From Bdellovibrio sp. (GTDB lineage: Bacteria > Bdellovibrionota > Bdellovibrionia > Bdellovibrionales > Bdellovibrionaceae), in assembly GCA_036676395.1 (NCBI GenBank), contig JAKFCY010000002.1, positions 2,048,001 through 2,112,000 on the forward strand: DNA of 64,000 nucleotides. The letters are read 5' to 3'. Under the pieces are notes generated by a model. It searched no databases. It was given only the letters and a program-made list of their open reading frames with translations, and was not told the DNA's origin. The translations under genes and the position numbers were made by a program. Of this stretch, positions 39,803-49,039 are shown piece after piece (position 1 is the stretch's first letter; every line of letters starts with the position of its first letter).

Positions 39803-42213
39803 TGAAAATCTACGACTTGTGCCACGAATACAAAATTGTTTGCGCGCAAGAAAGAATACACCATCGGGTTACCCGTTGATGAAAACTTTTGTCCTGCCGG
39901 ATATTTAAAAGCTGTAACTGCGGTTCCGCCAGAACCACCAATCGCATGCGAGATACCTGTAAAATCAACCAGACAACCATTCGGTGCAACGATAACAATC
40001 GAATAACTGCTGCCTTCATGTATCGAAAATAAATTAACTGTTAACACATTACCCGGACACGTACTAAACGTAACGTATTGAGTATTACCAGAAGCAAAAT
40101 CAACAGCTTCGCTGACTGGATTTACTAACGGAGTTCCCATTGAAGTTTTGACCTGACCTTGAACATCTAATTTTGCCGCAGGAGCAGTTGTTCCGATACC
40201 GACGTTGCCGGCATCCATGTAGATAGAACTGGTTGTCCCGGCATCATTGTGCTGAATGGCAAACTTATCATTTTGAAAAGAAATTCGTCCCCAATTGCTG
40301 GAATCTTTTCCGACAAAAACAGAACCACCGCCAGCTGCATCACCAACGACAATACCACTGCCAGCAGTTAGATCTCCGAGATCATCACCAACAACTAATT
40401 TTTCAGAGGGGCTAATAGTGCCCACACCCATATTACCATTCGCAAGAATAGTTGTTTTAACAGACCCATTTGTGGCAATTTGCACAGGTGCTGCTGACTG
40501 TGATCCAAAAACTGTGGCAAAAGTTAAACTGTTCGTAAACAGCGTGCCGGCAATACCTTCAGTTCCGAAAAAACTATTAAAAATCCCGTTGAGATTCGTC
40601 ATTAAATAGCTCGGGCTAACGCCATCACTCGATGTGACCTTGATCGTAGCCGAAGTATTTTTTACTTCAAGCTGCGCAGTTGGCGTGTTTGTTCCGATAC
40701 CGACACGACCTGTATTATTAATATAAAAATCATAATTTGTTGTCGGCGCAGTTTCACCTGTCGCGAAACCGATGCCACCATAAGCGGTCATGGTTAATCC
40801 ACCCGTACTAATGGCATCTTCTCTGATTAGATTCATGACATTCACACCACCACCAGAGTATCCAGAAATTCCCTGACCGCTCAGTTGGTTTGAAAATCTT
40901 AATGAACCACTAAAAATATCTAAAGCAGCTTGTGGTGCGGCAGTTCCAAGACCGACAAAACCATTTGTATAATTAATGGTTGTACCACTCGTGCTCCACT
41001 GCGTACTGGCTGAGGCGCTGGCTGGTGTATAACCTAAAGCCGTGGTTACATCACCTGATGAAATTTGACTTCCGTTAGTTACAAAACCTTTTCCATCCAC
41101 TGTAACTTTAGTGTATTGCGTTCCTGATGTTACCCCACTGCGATTTGCAAAGCGGGCTTCGGCAATGATTCCGGTTGCACTGGCTGAGCCTAAATCAATG
41201 CTATTGGCTACAGCGAAAGTTCCGAGCCCTAAATTAGTTCTAGCGGTTACAACATTTGTTAGATCAGATAAGTTATTCGCTTTGACGGCGAAAGTTCCAG
41301 AGACTGCGCTATCTAACGGAGTATAACCTAATGCTGGTTGTTTATTATTAAATGTTACGAAATCAGCTGCAGATAAATAACCATTCGACGAAGATGTCGC
41401 TTGAGTGATGGAAATTGTTGGCGTTGTTCCACCCGTCGAGGCTAACGGTGCTGTTGCACTTACGCTACTGACTTGAGCTTTAAATTCGGCATAATCTGAT
41501 GAAGTTAAATAACCATCACTCGACATTGAAACTGCGCTCATAGAAATAACTGGTGCTGAAGCAGTTCCGCCAATAGCTAAAACTGTACCGCTGACAGAAA
41601 TTCCTGATACCGGAATACAACTAAAACTTACACCATTAAATTTAATGGCTTCATTACTTTGACAGTTCAAACCTGTAAGAGCTGTATACTCAACAAAATC
41701 TGTATCAGCTTTACCATTTAATGTTTTTGCTGTATTCGCTGTACTAGCATACATCGAATACGGAACAGAATTGATCGTCATCGCCGGCAGCGTTTGCCAA
41801 CCGACACCTTCGTTAAATTGCATCACCACACGGCGCGTATCATTAGGGCCTGGATTATAAATTCCTAAATTTTGACAGGGAAAAGAAGCGACAGAGTTGT
41901 CAAAAATATTTTGAAATGTTTGTGAAGTTCCACTGGTTGGAAAAGCACGCGATCCATTACCTAATGCAAACGACACTAAACCGCCGGTATCTTGCATGTT
42001 AACCGCCACATAGTCTTCGATATAAAGAATGCAACTGCCGACGGTATCTAAAACGGTGAATCTGAAATTTACGCTGGCTGATTCCAGGGGGTAACCATCA
42101 GGTTTTGAAATTTTCGCCTGATAAGTCGTGCGCCCGTTCATTGCAAAAATAGGAAGAGCAAACAAATAAATGCTTAATAGAATTAAGAATTTTGCAGCGT
42201 TCACGTTCCACAT
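39799..42213 (-). CDS. MAT-family tail-fibre-like adhesin without S74 chaperone
   Basis: Same base domain (TTYQAKISKPDGYPLE); GNVGIGT repeats; compact beta-rich C-terminal domain (VDFASGNTQY...VVDFQ). Confidence 0.88.
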   Translation of the reverse strand: MWNVNAAKFLILLSIYLFALPIFAMNGRTTYQAKISKPDGYPLESASVNFRFTVLDTVGSCILYIEDYVAVNMQDTGGLVSFALGNGSRAFPTSGTSQTFQNIFDNSVASFPCQNLGIYNPGPNDTRRVVMQFNEGVGWQTLPAMTINSVPYSMYASTANTAKTLNGKADTDFVEYTALTGLNCQSNEAIKFNGVSFSCIPVSGISVSGTVLAIGGTASAPVISMSAVSMSSDGYLTSSDYAEFKAQVSSVSATAPLASTGGTTPTISITQATSSSNGYLSAADFVTFNNKQPALGYTPLDSAVSGTFAVKANNLSDLTNVVTARTNLGLGTFAVANSIDLGSASATGIIAEARFANRSGVTSGTQYTKVTVDGKGFVTNGSQISSGDVTTALGYTPASASASTQWSTSGTTINYTNGFVGLGTAAPQAALDIFSGSLRFSNQLSGQGISGYSGGGVNVMNLIREDAISTGGLTMTAYGGIGFATGETAPTTNYDFYINNTGRVGIGTNTPTAQLEVKNTSATIKVTSSDGVSPSYLMTNLNGIFNSFFGTEGIAGTLFTNSLTFATVFGSQSAAPVQIATNGSVKTTILANGNMGVGTISPSEKLVVGDDLGDLTAGSGIVVGDAAGGGSVFVGKDSSNWGRISFQNDKFAIQHNDAGTTSSIYMDAGNVGIGTTAPAAKLDVQGQVKTSMGTPLVNPVSEAVDFASGNTQYVTFSTCPGNVLTVNLFSIHEGSSYSIVIVAPNGCLVDFTGISHAIGGSGGTAVTAFKYPAGQKFSSTGNPMVYSFLRANNFVFVAQVVDFQ

Positions 42214-42220
42214 GACTACT

Positions 42221-42247
42221 ATATCGACGTTTACTGCAGTTAACTTA
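42221..42247 (-). promoter_or_regulatory. Putative sigma28 promoter of fibre gene 2
   Basis: TAAG-N15-GTCGATAT, 7 nt before ATG. Confidence 0.7.
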
Positions 42248-42255
42248 ACTCGCTT

Positions 42256-42272
42256 TGATTCAGAATGAGACA
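42256..42272. promoter_or_regulatory. Imperfect palindrome TGATTCA-GAA-TGAGACA
   Basis: Motif family shared with 11055 and 48898. Confidence 0.5.
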
Positions 42273-42369
42273 GTCTAAGTAATATTTTATTTACGCGATT
42301 AAGGGCTAGCTGAAATCTAATTAAACTAACCCCACTTTAAATCGCTATTACCTCAATTTAAAAGCGGCC

Positions 42370-42963
42370 TTACTGATGTAAAATGATATCTAATCCATAA
42401 AGCAAAAGCGTTGCTTCTGGCAGTGAAACTTTCGCATTTTTAATTTTATTGCTGTCTGGGCGAATTGAATAATTTCTGGCTTGGCGCAGATCTGCTTTTA
42501 TTAAATTAGTTGAAGCAAATCTTGCCGAAGCAAAATCAGTTCCACATAAATTGGCTTCGCTGAAATTAGTTTGAATAAAGTCAGCTTCAATAGCCATGCA
42601 CTGAAATAAAACACATTTACGCAAATCTAAACCGGAAAAGTTACCGTAATTTAAAATACATTCATACCAAGCTAAATGCATAACTTCAGAAGTCGCTGTC
42701 CAATTAATACCGACTAACTTTGAATTTTGAAATTTAACTGAGCGTAAAGTCGAACTGGTTAATTGTGTATTACTCAGGTCGCAGTGTTCAAAGACACAAT
42801 CGACAAAACGGCAGTTTTTTAGCGTAGCGCCACTAAAAGAGCTCTGTTTAAAAGTGCAAGCATCAAAACTACAGCCTTCGATAGTTTGCTGACGTAAATC
42901 CAAATTTTGAAATACTTGATCAGTGAATTCTTTTTCCAGATTAAAATCTATTGGTTTTTCCAT
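42370..42963 (-). CDS. Pentapeptide repeat protein
   Basis: Tandem A(D/N)L/F pentapeptides (CDLSN, ANLCG, TDFAS, ADLRQ). Confidence 0.92.
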   Translation of the reverse strand: MEKPIDFNLEKEFTDQVFQNLDLRQQTIEGCSFDACTFKQSSFSGATLKNCRFVDCVFEHCDLSNTQLTSSTLRSVKFQNSKLVGINWTATSEVMHLAWYECILNYGNFSGLDLRKCVLFQCMAIEADFIQTNFSEANLCGTDFASARFASTNLIKADLRQARNYSIRPDSNKIKNAKVSLPEATLLLYGLDIILHQ

Positions 42964-43679
42964 GGGTACCTTTTCACGGCGCGATCTAATGAACGTGCTA
43001 AGCCAGTAGCTAATTTTGCTTTTTGTTTGGCGGTCATTGTTAATAACATTCCCTGATTTAATTCAATCTCAAGGCCGATATAATTATCAGGTTTATTTTC
43101 TTTGCGCATTTCACAAGTTAACCCATCACCGTCGCCGCGGTAAGGCTTATTGCGCGCTATTATATAATCTGGAAACTCTTTGCGTAACTCTTTAATCCAT
43201 GAACTAGAAAAGCCAACTTCATTCTTAAATGCGGGATTATACAATAGCGCTAAGTGCATCTTACGTTTTTGACCGTTTAACTGAGCAGTCATTGAATGCA
43301 CCGCCACGTGCACAACCCGGTTTTCTGTGTGCAATAAAGTGCGAATATTTTTTCGCACTTTCGCCCAATGAGGAAGATAATATTTAGCTAGTACTTTTTT
43401 AAGCGTAGTCTTTGCCAATGGCTGCATAAATTCAGAAAATAGTGTCGGGTTATTTAAAGTGCGATTAAGATCTGCGACCAAGCGGCTTGTGGTCGAATAA
43501 ATAAATGGAGCTTGTAGTTGTTTTTGCATTAATTTTGCAATTTCTAAAACGCCGATATCAAGACCACGATGAGTATTTAAAACCTGATCGCTATTTTTAA
43601 ATTGCACTTGGTATTCTTTGGGAATTTGATTTCCGCCATGTTCGCAAGTCAGTAAAATTGATGCTGTCGCATGAGTCAT
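42948..43679 (-). CDS. N-formylglutamate amidohydrolase family protein
   Basis: TCEHGGNQIP, DIG, SRLVADLNR, HS, NKPY, EIELNQ. Confidence 0.88.
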   Translation of the reverse strand: MTHATASILLTCEHGGNQIPKEYQVQFKNSDQVLNTHRGLDIGVLEIAKLMQKQLQAPFIYSTTSRLVADLNRTLNNPTLFSEFMQPLAKTTLKKVLAKYYLPHWAKVRKNIRTLLHTENRVVHVAVHSMTAQLNGQKRKMHLALLYNPAFKNEVGFSSSWIKELRKEFPDYIIARNKPYRGDGDGLTCEMRKENKPDNYIGLEIELNQGMLLTMTAKQKAKLATGLARSLDRAVKRYPWKNQ

Positions 43680-43711
43680 GGCTTATATTTACATGTCGAA
43701 AGCTTAATTAC

Positions 43712-43747
43712 AAAAAAAGAATGCAGCTTAGGCTGCATTCTTTTTTT
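43712..43747. terminator. Intrinsic terminator, 16-bp perfect stem
   Basis: aaaaaaagaatgcagc-ttag-gctgcattcttttttt directly after the stop at 43753. Confidence 0.85.
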
Positions 43748-43752
43748 ATACT

Positions 43753-43899
43753 CTAAGCCGCTTTAGAAAAAGCTCTTAGGTATTCACTTCTGCGAAGGTC
43801 TTCTTGGACTTCAAAGTTCTTCATCTCATCTAAGTAGTAAAATTCAGGGGCGCTTGATTTAAAGAAAGTTTGTTTTAATAGGGTGAACCATTTTTTCAT
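43753..43899 (-). CDS. Small protein, 48 aa
   Basis: AAGGAG RBS, sigma28-like promoter (TTAT-N15-GTCGATAA, 43946-43920) and its own terminator. Confidence 0.75.
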   Translation of the reverse strand: MKKWFTLLKQTFFKSSAPEFYYLDEMKNFEVQEDLRRSEYLRAFSKAA

Positions 43900-43961
43900 A
43901 ACAATCTCCTTACATATGATTATCGACAACCCTAGACCCAAAATAAAGAGCGTGTTTCAAG

Positions 43962-44001
43962 GTATTACTTATTAATACTATAAGTATTATATTATGATAC
44001 T
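43962..44001. promoter_or_regulatory. Two tandem palindromic operators GTATTA-N5-T(A/G)ATAC
   Basis: GTATTA-cttat-TAATAC (43962-43978) and AGTATTA-tatta-TGATACT (43983-44001). Confidence 0.6.
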
Positions 44002-44042
44002 TTGACTTGCGCGCCGTCTCGGATTAATGCAGAATCTATGTA

Positions 44043-44795
44043 ATGAGTACAGGATCAAACACGACTTTAATTATAGAAAACTTAAAATCACACCTTAAGC
44101 TGCGTGGCCTAAGTTACTCAGATCTTGCCAAGACATGGAAACTGTCAGTATCAAGCACCAAACGAATCATGGCTTCAGAAGACATCAGTCTTTCAAAAAT
44201 TGAAACGGCCTGTGAATTAATGAATATTTCTGTGGGTGAATTTTTACAGCGTATTCCTTTTGAAAAAAGTTCTGAACTTTTTTACCTAACGCCCGAGCAA
44301 GAAAATCGTTTAGTTAAAGACCCTGAAGCGCTTCATTATTTTTTATTAATTTTAGAAGGCTTCAGCCCGACTGAAATTTTGCGCGATTACACGGTGTCTG
44401 CAGAAAAGAATATTCGCATTCTTAATCAGTTAGAAAAATGGGGCTTATTAGAAGTTCAAAGTAAAAACCGCATCAAACGTAAATTCGATGGCCAGTTACG
44501 CTTTCGCAAAGACGGCCCTCTGGGTCAACATTTAGAAAGTTTGATGAAGACTAAATTTTTTGAAACGCGATTTAATGAAAATGATGATTTTTTTACATTT
44601 TTAAATTTAAATTTTGTTCCGGGCGGCCCACAAAAATTAAGACAAAAACTTTTACAGATCAGTAAAGAGCTAATGGCTGAGTCTGATAGCCACAGAAATC
44701 ATCCGAATGCGAAAGATTTTGGTTTAGTGATTGGCTTACGCCCGTGGGAATCCCCGTTCACTAAGGCTTTTAGCAAACGTAAAAAACAAAGTTAA
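44043..44795 (+). CDS. XRE-family HTH transcriptional regulator
   Basis: LKLRGLSYSDLAKTWKLSVSSTKR HTH; winged-helix-like middle region; RPWE C-terminus. Confidence 0.82.
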   Translation: MSTGSNTTLIIENLKSHLKLRGLSYSDLAKTWKLSVSSTKRIMASEDISLSKIETACELMNISVGEFLQRIPFEKSSELFYLTPEQENRLVKDPEALHYFLLILEGFSPTEILRDYTVSAEKNIRILNQLEKWGLLEVQSKNRIKRKFDGQLRFRKDGPLGQHLESLMKTKFFETRFNENDDFFTFLNLNFVPGGPQKLRQKLLQISKELMAESDSHRNHPNAKDFGLVIGLRPWESPFTKAFSKRKKQS

Positions 44796-47700
44796 TGACA
44801 AGAAAATGACGTAGTCTCGACTTGACCGGCCATGTGTTCGACCGTCCAAACACCACCAGAATATGTCATTGTCGCGTTAACAGATCCGTTTGATACACCA
44901 GTGATAGTTCCAAAGCTGGCATCTAGAAGTTGCACACCCCAACCAGCATATTGAATATCGACTATATTTGTTGCGCCGGCTTTACCGATAACTAAGCGAT
45001 AAGTTCCGCCCCAGGTTGAGTCTCCAGCATTCGAAAACATGTAGCCTGCTGAAGGCCCAGCACCACATCCTACAGTATCTTTCAAACTAGGCGCAGGAGC
45101 GCGCCATGTGAAAACTTCATCTTGATGTGTATTCATGTAAGCATCAGTTAAGAATGTCGGCATAGAAGTAATTCGTGTTACACCATCCCACGAAAACCAT
45201 ATTTGCCCGTGATTTGGCTGTTTAATGCCACCGACAACTTCTAATTTTGAAGTGGGTGTTAAAGTGCCGACACCAACGTTTCCAGCAAAATAAGCATCAC
45301 CATTTCCTTTGATGTTCGCAGTTGAAATACCATTATCGTCTCGATACCCATAAAGAAGATACTGACTAGCTAAATTAGTGGCCAACATTCTCCCACCATA
45401 AGCAATCGCATTGCTATTACTTGCTGCTTCCATACCAGCTCTAAATGCGTATCGAAATCCGCTGTTAGCTCCTGAAGGAATCGACTGAATAGTCGCCAAA
45501 TCAACGGCTGTACCAGAATCATTCACATCCAATTTAGCCACAGGCGATGAAGTGCCAATACCCACATCGCCATCACCTTTAATAATCATTTTTGTTGTAA
45601 TCATCGGCGACGAGGCCACGGCTTCAAAAGTTCCGCTTGGCGCATCAGGCGAAGCGTAAGTGTCAAACACGATGTTACCTGCAGCCATTCTGATTCGATC
45701 AGGACCAGAAGCATTATCTGAATCATTACCTTTAAATAATAATAATTCTGAAGCTTCAATGCCGCTATACAATCTTTCACCAATATAAGTGTGATTGTAA
45801 GATCCTGCACCATCGCCAGTGGTTCCGCGAAAGGCAATGTAGTTTGAATCAGTTGCCCCGATACGCATATTACCTAAGACATCTAATTTTTCACCTGGCG
45901 TTGAACCGACACCCAAACTGCCGCTCGCAGATAACGTCATTAGAATTGCGCCAGAATTTTCGACGCTATCATAATTAAAATATAAATCATTACCTTGAGT
46001 CGTTAGCGCATGGCCTTTATAAGCTGCACCAGTTTTTTTATACAATTGAATTGCCGCTGATGAATCAACTGTTGTCGCCCGAATGACTGAGTTTCCACTT
46101 CCGGGAGCGACATCAAGTAATTGGCGCGGAGCTGATGTGGCTACACCCACATTACCCCCATTTGAAATAAAAAATCTTGACGACATTGCCACAGAATTAC
46201 CGATTGCTGCAGCTTGATTAGACGCTGTTAAAAAATCTATATCCTGACCAAGTTGTACAACTGATCGCCCGAGGCTGGCCGCGTATGAGGATTGATAATA
46301 ATCAGCTGCAGCTGGCCCAGGCCCGGCTTTGATACCGTAACCTAAAAATAACCCACCTGAAGAATATCTTGTTCCGACCACGGCTGTAGTTTCTGAAGTG
46401 GCTCCGTAACGCGCATAAATTAAATCTGAACCCTGAACCGAGTTATCATCACCAATGCGAATAACACCTGAAACATCAAGCTGGGCTTGCGGTGCAGATG
46501 TTCCGATACCCACACGCCCGGTCACATTAACGTCACTTCCGAAATTGGCAGCACCCGCAACACCTAAACCACCTTTTACAATCAAAGCACCGGTGCTAGA
46601 ATTTGTTGAAGCCGTCGTGCTTGAAACAATCGCCGAGCCCGTTGGTGTAAGCGTAATATTGCCTGATGAATTAATAGTAGATGCATTATCAATTGATCCC
46701 GCAACAGAACCTGTCGCAATTGTTCGGCGAATGTTTGCGCTATCAGTTAGATAGTATTGATAACCGTCGTATTCCATAGTGCCAGATTGCGGCGTTGATA
46801 ATAATGTTCCTGAAGTAAATTTAAGTGGAGCATTACTTACTGAACCAGCGGCTAAATTTAATAGTGCCGTCGGAGTTTGTGTGCCGATACCGACAGAACC
46901 ACCGAGCAGACTAAAACTATCATCACCATTTAAAATAAATCTAAAATCAAAATCAGTTGATGGATCATTTACGAAATCAATGTACGGAGTGCCGGCACTG
47001 TCATTTTCACGCATTTCAATAAACGCGTTGCCGTCGTTACCCGTAATAACTGAACCATTACTTGCGCTACCCGTGCGCGCGCTTCCAGAAACATCAAAAG
47101 CAAAAGTTGGATTTAATAAACCAACACCTACGTTTCCACCGTAGCGATTAAAAACTAATGGTTTATTATCGACATTGTTTTCTCTTGAACCAATATGCAT
47201 CGCTGTCGTATCAATATTTTCAATATAAAGACCCATATCGTTTGCATCTGTTGTGGCAAAAAATCCCAAGACATTGCTTCCACTTTTTAAACCTTTGCGA
47301 ACATCAAGGACTTGTGTAGGAATACTTATACCAACGCCTACATAACCTGTGCTGTAAGAAATATGTGCTCCGTTAGTCATCCATTGTGTGGCACTGGTTG
47401 CATTCGCCGGCGTGTACCCAAGTGTGGCAATGATGGCCGCTTGAGTAGCTTGTTGTTTGTTATTAAACGTATTCCAATCAGCTGATGATAAATAACCGTT
47501 CGTTGAAGACGTCGATTGCGTGATTGAAATTGAAGGTGTTGATCCACCCGTTGAAACTAACGGCGCTGTCGCACTGACGCTTGTTACACTGCCTGTGGCC
47601 GCACTGATCCAAGATAAATTTCCTGAACCATCAGTTGATAACACTTGGCCAACTGTTCCGCTGCTGGTGGGTAAATTTAAAGTGTAATTTGCAGCTAAAC

Positions 47701-48811
47701 TGGTTGGCGCCTGTAAGCGAATATTAAAACTTGTGCTGGGTCTATAAATATCGACGTAATTTAATTTTGCAGCATTGGCGTAAACATCATTTGCAGTGAA
47801 ATTGCCCGAAGAATTACGCTTAACAATAGTATCAGCCGTCGAAGACGACGTTGCAGCCAGCGTATCATCGACACTTGTTGCCACTTGCGCCGAAGTTTTA
47901 CCACCAACACTTTGAACAAAGTTTGCAGCAACTGTGCCGCTAACATCACCAGCTAAGTTTGCAGCTTGAATTTGCGTATTTACCGCAGAACCACTCACTG
48001 GCGCATAACCTAACGTGCTAATAATTTCAGTGCTACTTGCAGAAAGTTTTGCTTTAAATTCAGCGTAATCTAACGAAGTTAAATAACCATCGCTCGACAT
48101 TGTCGCCGCAGTGATTGAGATCACTGGCGCACTGGCTGTTCCACCTGTTGATAAAACAGTACCGCTGGTTGTAACACTTGAAATTCCGCTGCTGCTAACG
48201 CCGACCGCGATACAACTAAAAGTCGCGCCATTAAAATGAATCGCTTCATTTACCTGGCAGTTTAATCCGGCTAATGTCGAAACTTCAACAAATTCAGAAT
48301 CAGCTTTACCATTTAGTAGTGTAGAATTTTGTGCTTTCGCAGAATACATCGCATACGGTACCGAGTTGATCGGCATTGCTGGCAATGTTTGCCAACCCGA
48401 GCCTTCATTAAATTGCATCACGACTTTTCTATTGTCTGTTGGAATCGGATTGTACACGCCTGGGGTTTGACAAACAAATGACGGCGTCGAGTTATCAAAG
48501 ACTGTGGCAAAAGTTGTCGGCCCACTTGCTGGGTATGTTCTTGTTCCCATACCTAAGCTGAATGAAGTTAATCCACCACTGCCAATCATGTTAACGGCGG
48601 CGTAGTCTTCTATAAAAAGCACGCATGATGATGACGGATCCAAAACAGTAAAACGAAAATTAACACTGACCGCCTCTAAAGGTTGGCCATCAGGTTTGTA
48701 GATTTTAGCTTGATAAGTTGTGCGCCCATTAATGGCAAATGCCGAGGCCGAATATACAATTAGACCTACCAAAAGCAGAATAGAATAAACGTACTGCAGA
48801 CGATGCTTCAC
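44792..48811 (-). CDS. MAT-family tail-fibre-like adhesin with unrecognised C-terminal head
   Basis: Base domain TTYQAKIYKPDGQPLE; many GNVG.GT..P repeats; no S74 motif. Confidence 0.88.
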   Translation of the reverse strand: MKHRLQYVYSILLLVGLIVYSASAFAINGRTTYQAKIYKPDGQPLEAVSVNFRFTVLDPSSSCVLFIEDYAAVNMIGSGGLTSFSLGMGTRTYPASGPTTFATVFDNSTPSFVCQTPGVYNPIPTDNRKVVMQFNEGSGWQTLPAMPINSVPYAMYSAKAQNSTLLNGKADSEFVEVSTLAGLNCQVNEAIHFNGATFSCIAVGVSSSGISSVTTSGTVLSTGGTASAPVISITAATMSSDGYLTSLDYAEFKAKLSASSTEIISTLGYAPVSGSAVNTQIQAANLAGDVSGTVAANFVQSVGGKTSAQVATSVDDTLAATSSSTADTIVKRNSSGNFTANDVYANAAKLNYVDIYRPSTSFNIRLQAPTSLAANYTLNLPTSSGTVGQVLSTDGSGNLSWISAATGSVTSVSATAPLVSTGGSTPSISITQSTSSTNGYLSSADWNTFNNKQQATQAAIIATLGYTPANATSATQWMTNGAHISYSTGYVGVGISIPTQVLDVRKGLKSGSNVLGFFATTDANDMGLYIENIDTTAMHIGSRENNVDNKPLVFNRYGGNVGVGLLNPTFAFDVSGSARTGSASNGSVITGNDGNAFIEMRENDSAGTPYIDFVNDPSTDFDFRFILNGDDSFSLLGGSVGIGTQTPTALLNLAAGSVSNAPLKFTSGTLLSTPQSGTMEYDGYQYYLTDSANIRRTIATGSVAGSIDNASTINSSGNITLTPTGSAIVSSTTASTNSSTGALIVKGGLGVAGAANFGSDVNVTGRVGIGTSAPQAQLDVSGVIRIGDDNSVQGSDLIYARYGATSETTAVVGTRYSSGGLFLGYGIKAGPGPAAADYYQSSYAASLGRSVVQLGQDIDFLTASNQAAAIGNSVAMSSRFFISNGGNVGVATSAPRQLLDVAPGSGNSVIRATTVDSSAAIQLYKKTGAAYKGHALTTQGNDLYFNYDSVENSGAILMTLSASGSLGVGSTPGEKLDVLGNMRIGATDSNYIAFRGTTGDGAGSYNHTYIGERLYSGIEASELLLFKGNDSDNASGPDRIRMAAGNIVFDTYASPDAPSGTFEAVASSPMITTKMIIKGDGDVGIGTSSPVAKLDVNDSGTAVDLATIQSIPSGANSGFRYAFRAGMEAASNSNAIAYGGRMLATNLASQYLLYGYRDDNGISTANIKGNGDAYFAGNVGVGTLTPTSKLEVVGGIKQPNHGQIWFSWDGVTRITSMPTFLTDAYMNTHQDEVFTWRAPAPSLKDTVGCGAGPSAGYMFSNAGDSTWGGTYRLVIGKAGATNIVDIQYAGWGVQLLDASFGTITGVSNGSVNATMTYSGGVWTVEHMAGQVETTSFSCH

Positions 48812-48818
48812 TTAGGTC

Positions 48819-48845
48819 TTATCGGTGTTTTCTGGAGTGAACTTA
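48819..48845 (-). promoter_or_regulatory. Putative sigma28 promoter of fibre gene 3
   Basis: TAAG-N15-ACCGATAA, 7 nt before GTG. Confidence 0.75.
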
Positions 48846-48897
48846 AACGAATACTCCTATGAGTCTAGGCCTCAAATACAAATGAAGCTGCAGACAG

Positions 48898-48914
48898 TGT
48901 CTCATCTTGAGAAC
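48898..48914. promoter_or_regulatory. Imperfect palindrome TGTCTCA-TCT-TGAGAAC
   Basis: Motif family shared with 11055 and 42256. Confidence 0.55.
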
Positions 48915-49011
48915 GTGATATTTAAAGTACGGGGCAATGCCCCTAAATGTGATCTGTCAAAAGCTTCGACGTGATGACTAAGAACCAGCCCCCCAGAATA
49001 GTTTTCACCTG

Positions 49012-49027
49012 TGGCATAACAATCGCT
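49012..49027 (+). promoter_or_regulatory. Putative sigma54 promoter
   Basis: tGGcataacaatcGCt. Confidence 0.55.
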
Positions 49028-49039
49028 AGGTAAAAAGCC

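Noticed and set aside
42370..42963. Qnr quinolone-resistance gene
   Set aside because: Generic pentapeptide repeats only; Qnr-specific features cannot be supported by eye.
4675..48811. Diversity-generating retroelement or shufflon acting on the fibre genes
   Set aside because: No reverse transcriptase, site-specific recombinase, adenine-specific template/variable repeat pair or inverted tip cassettes seen in the window.
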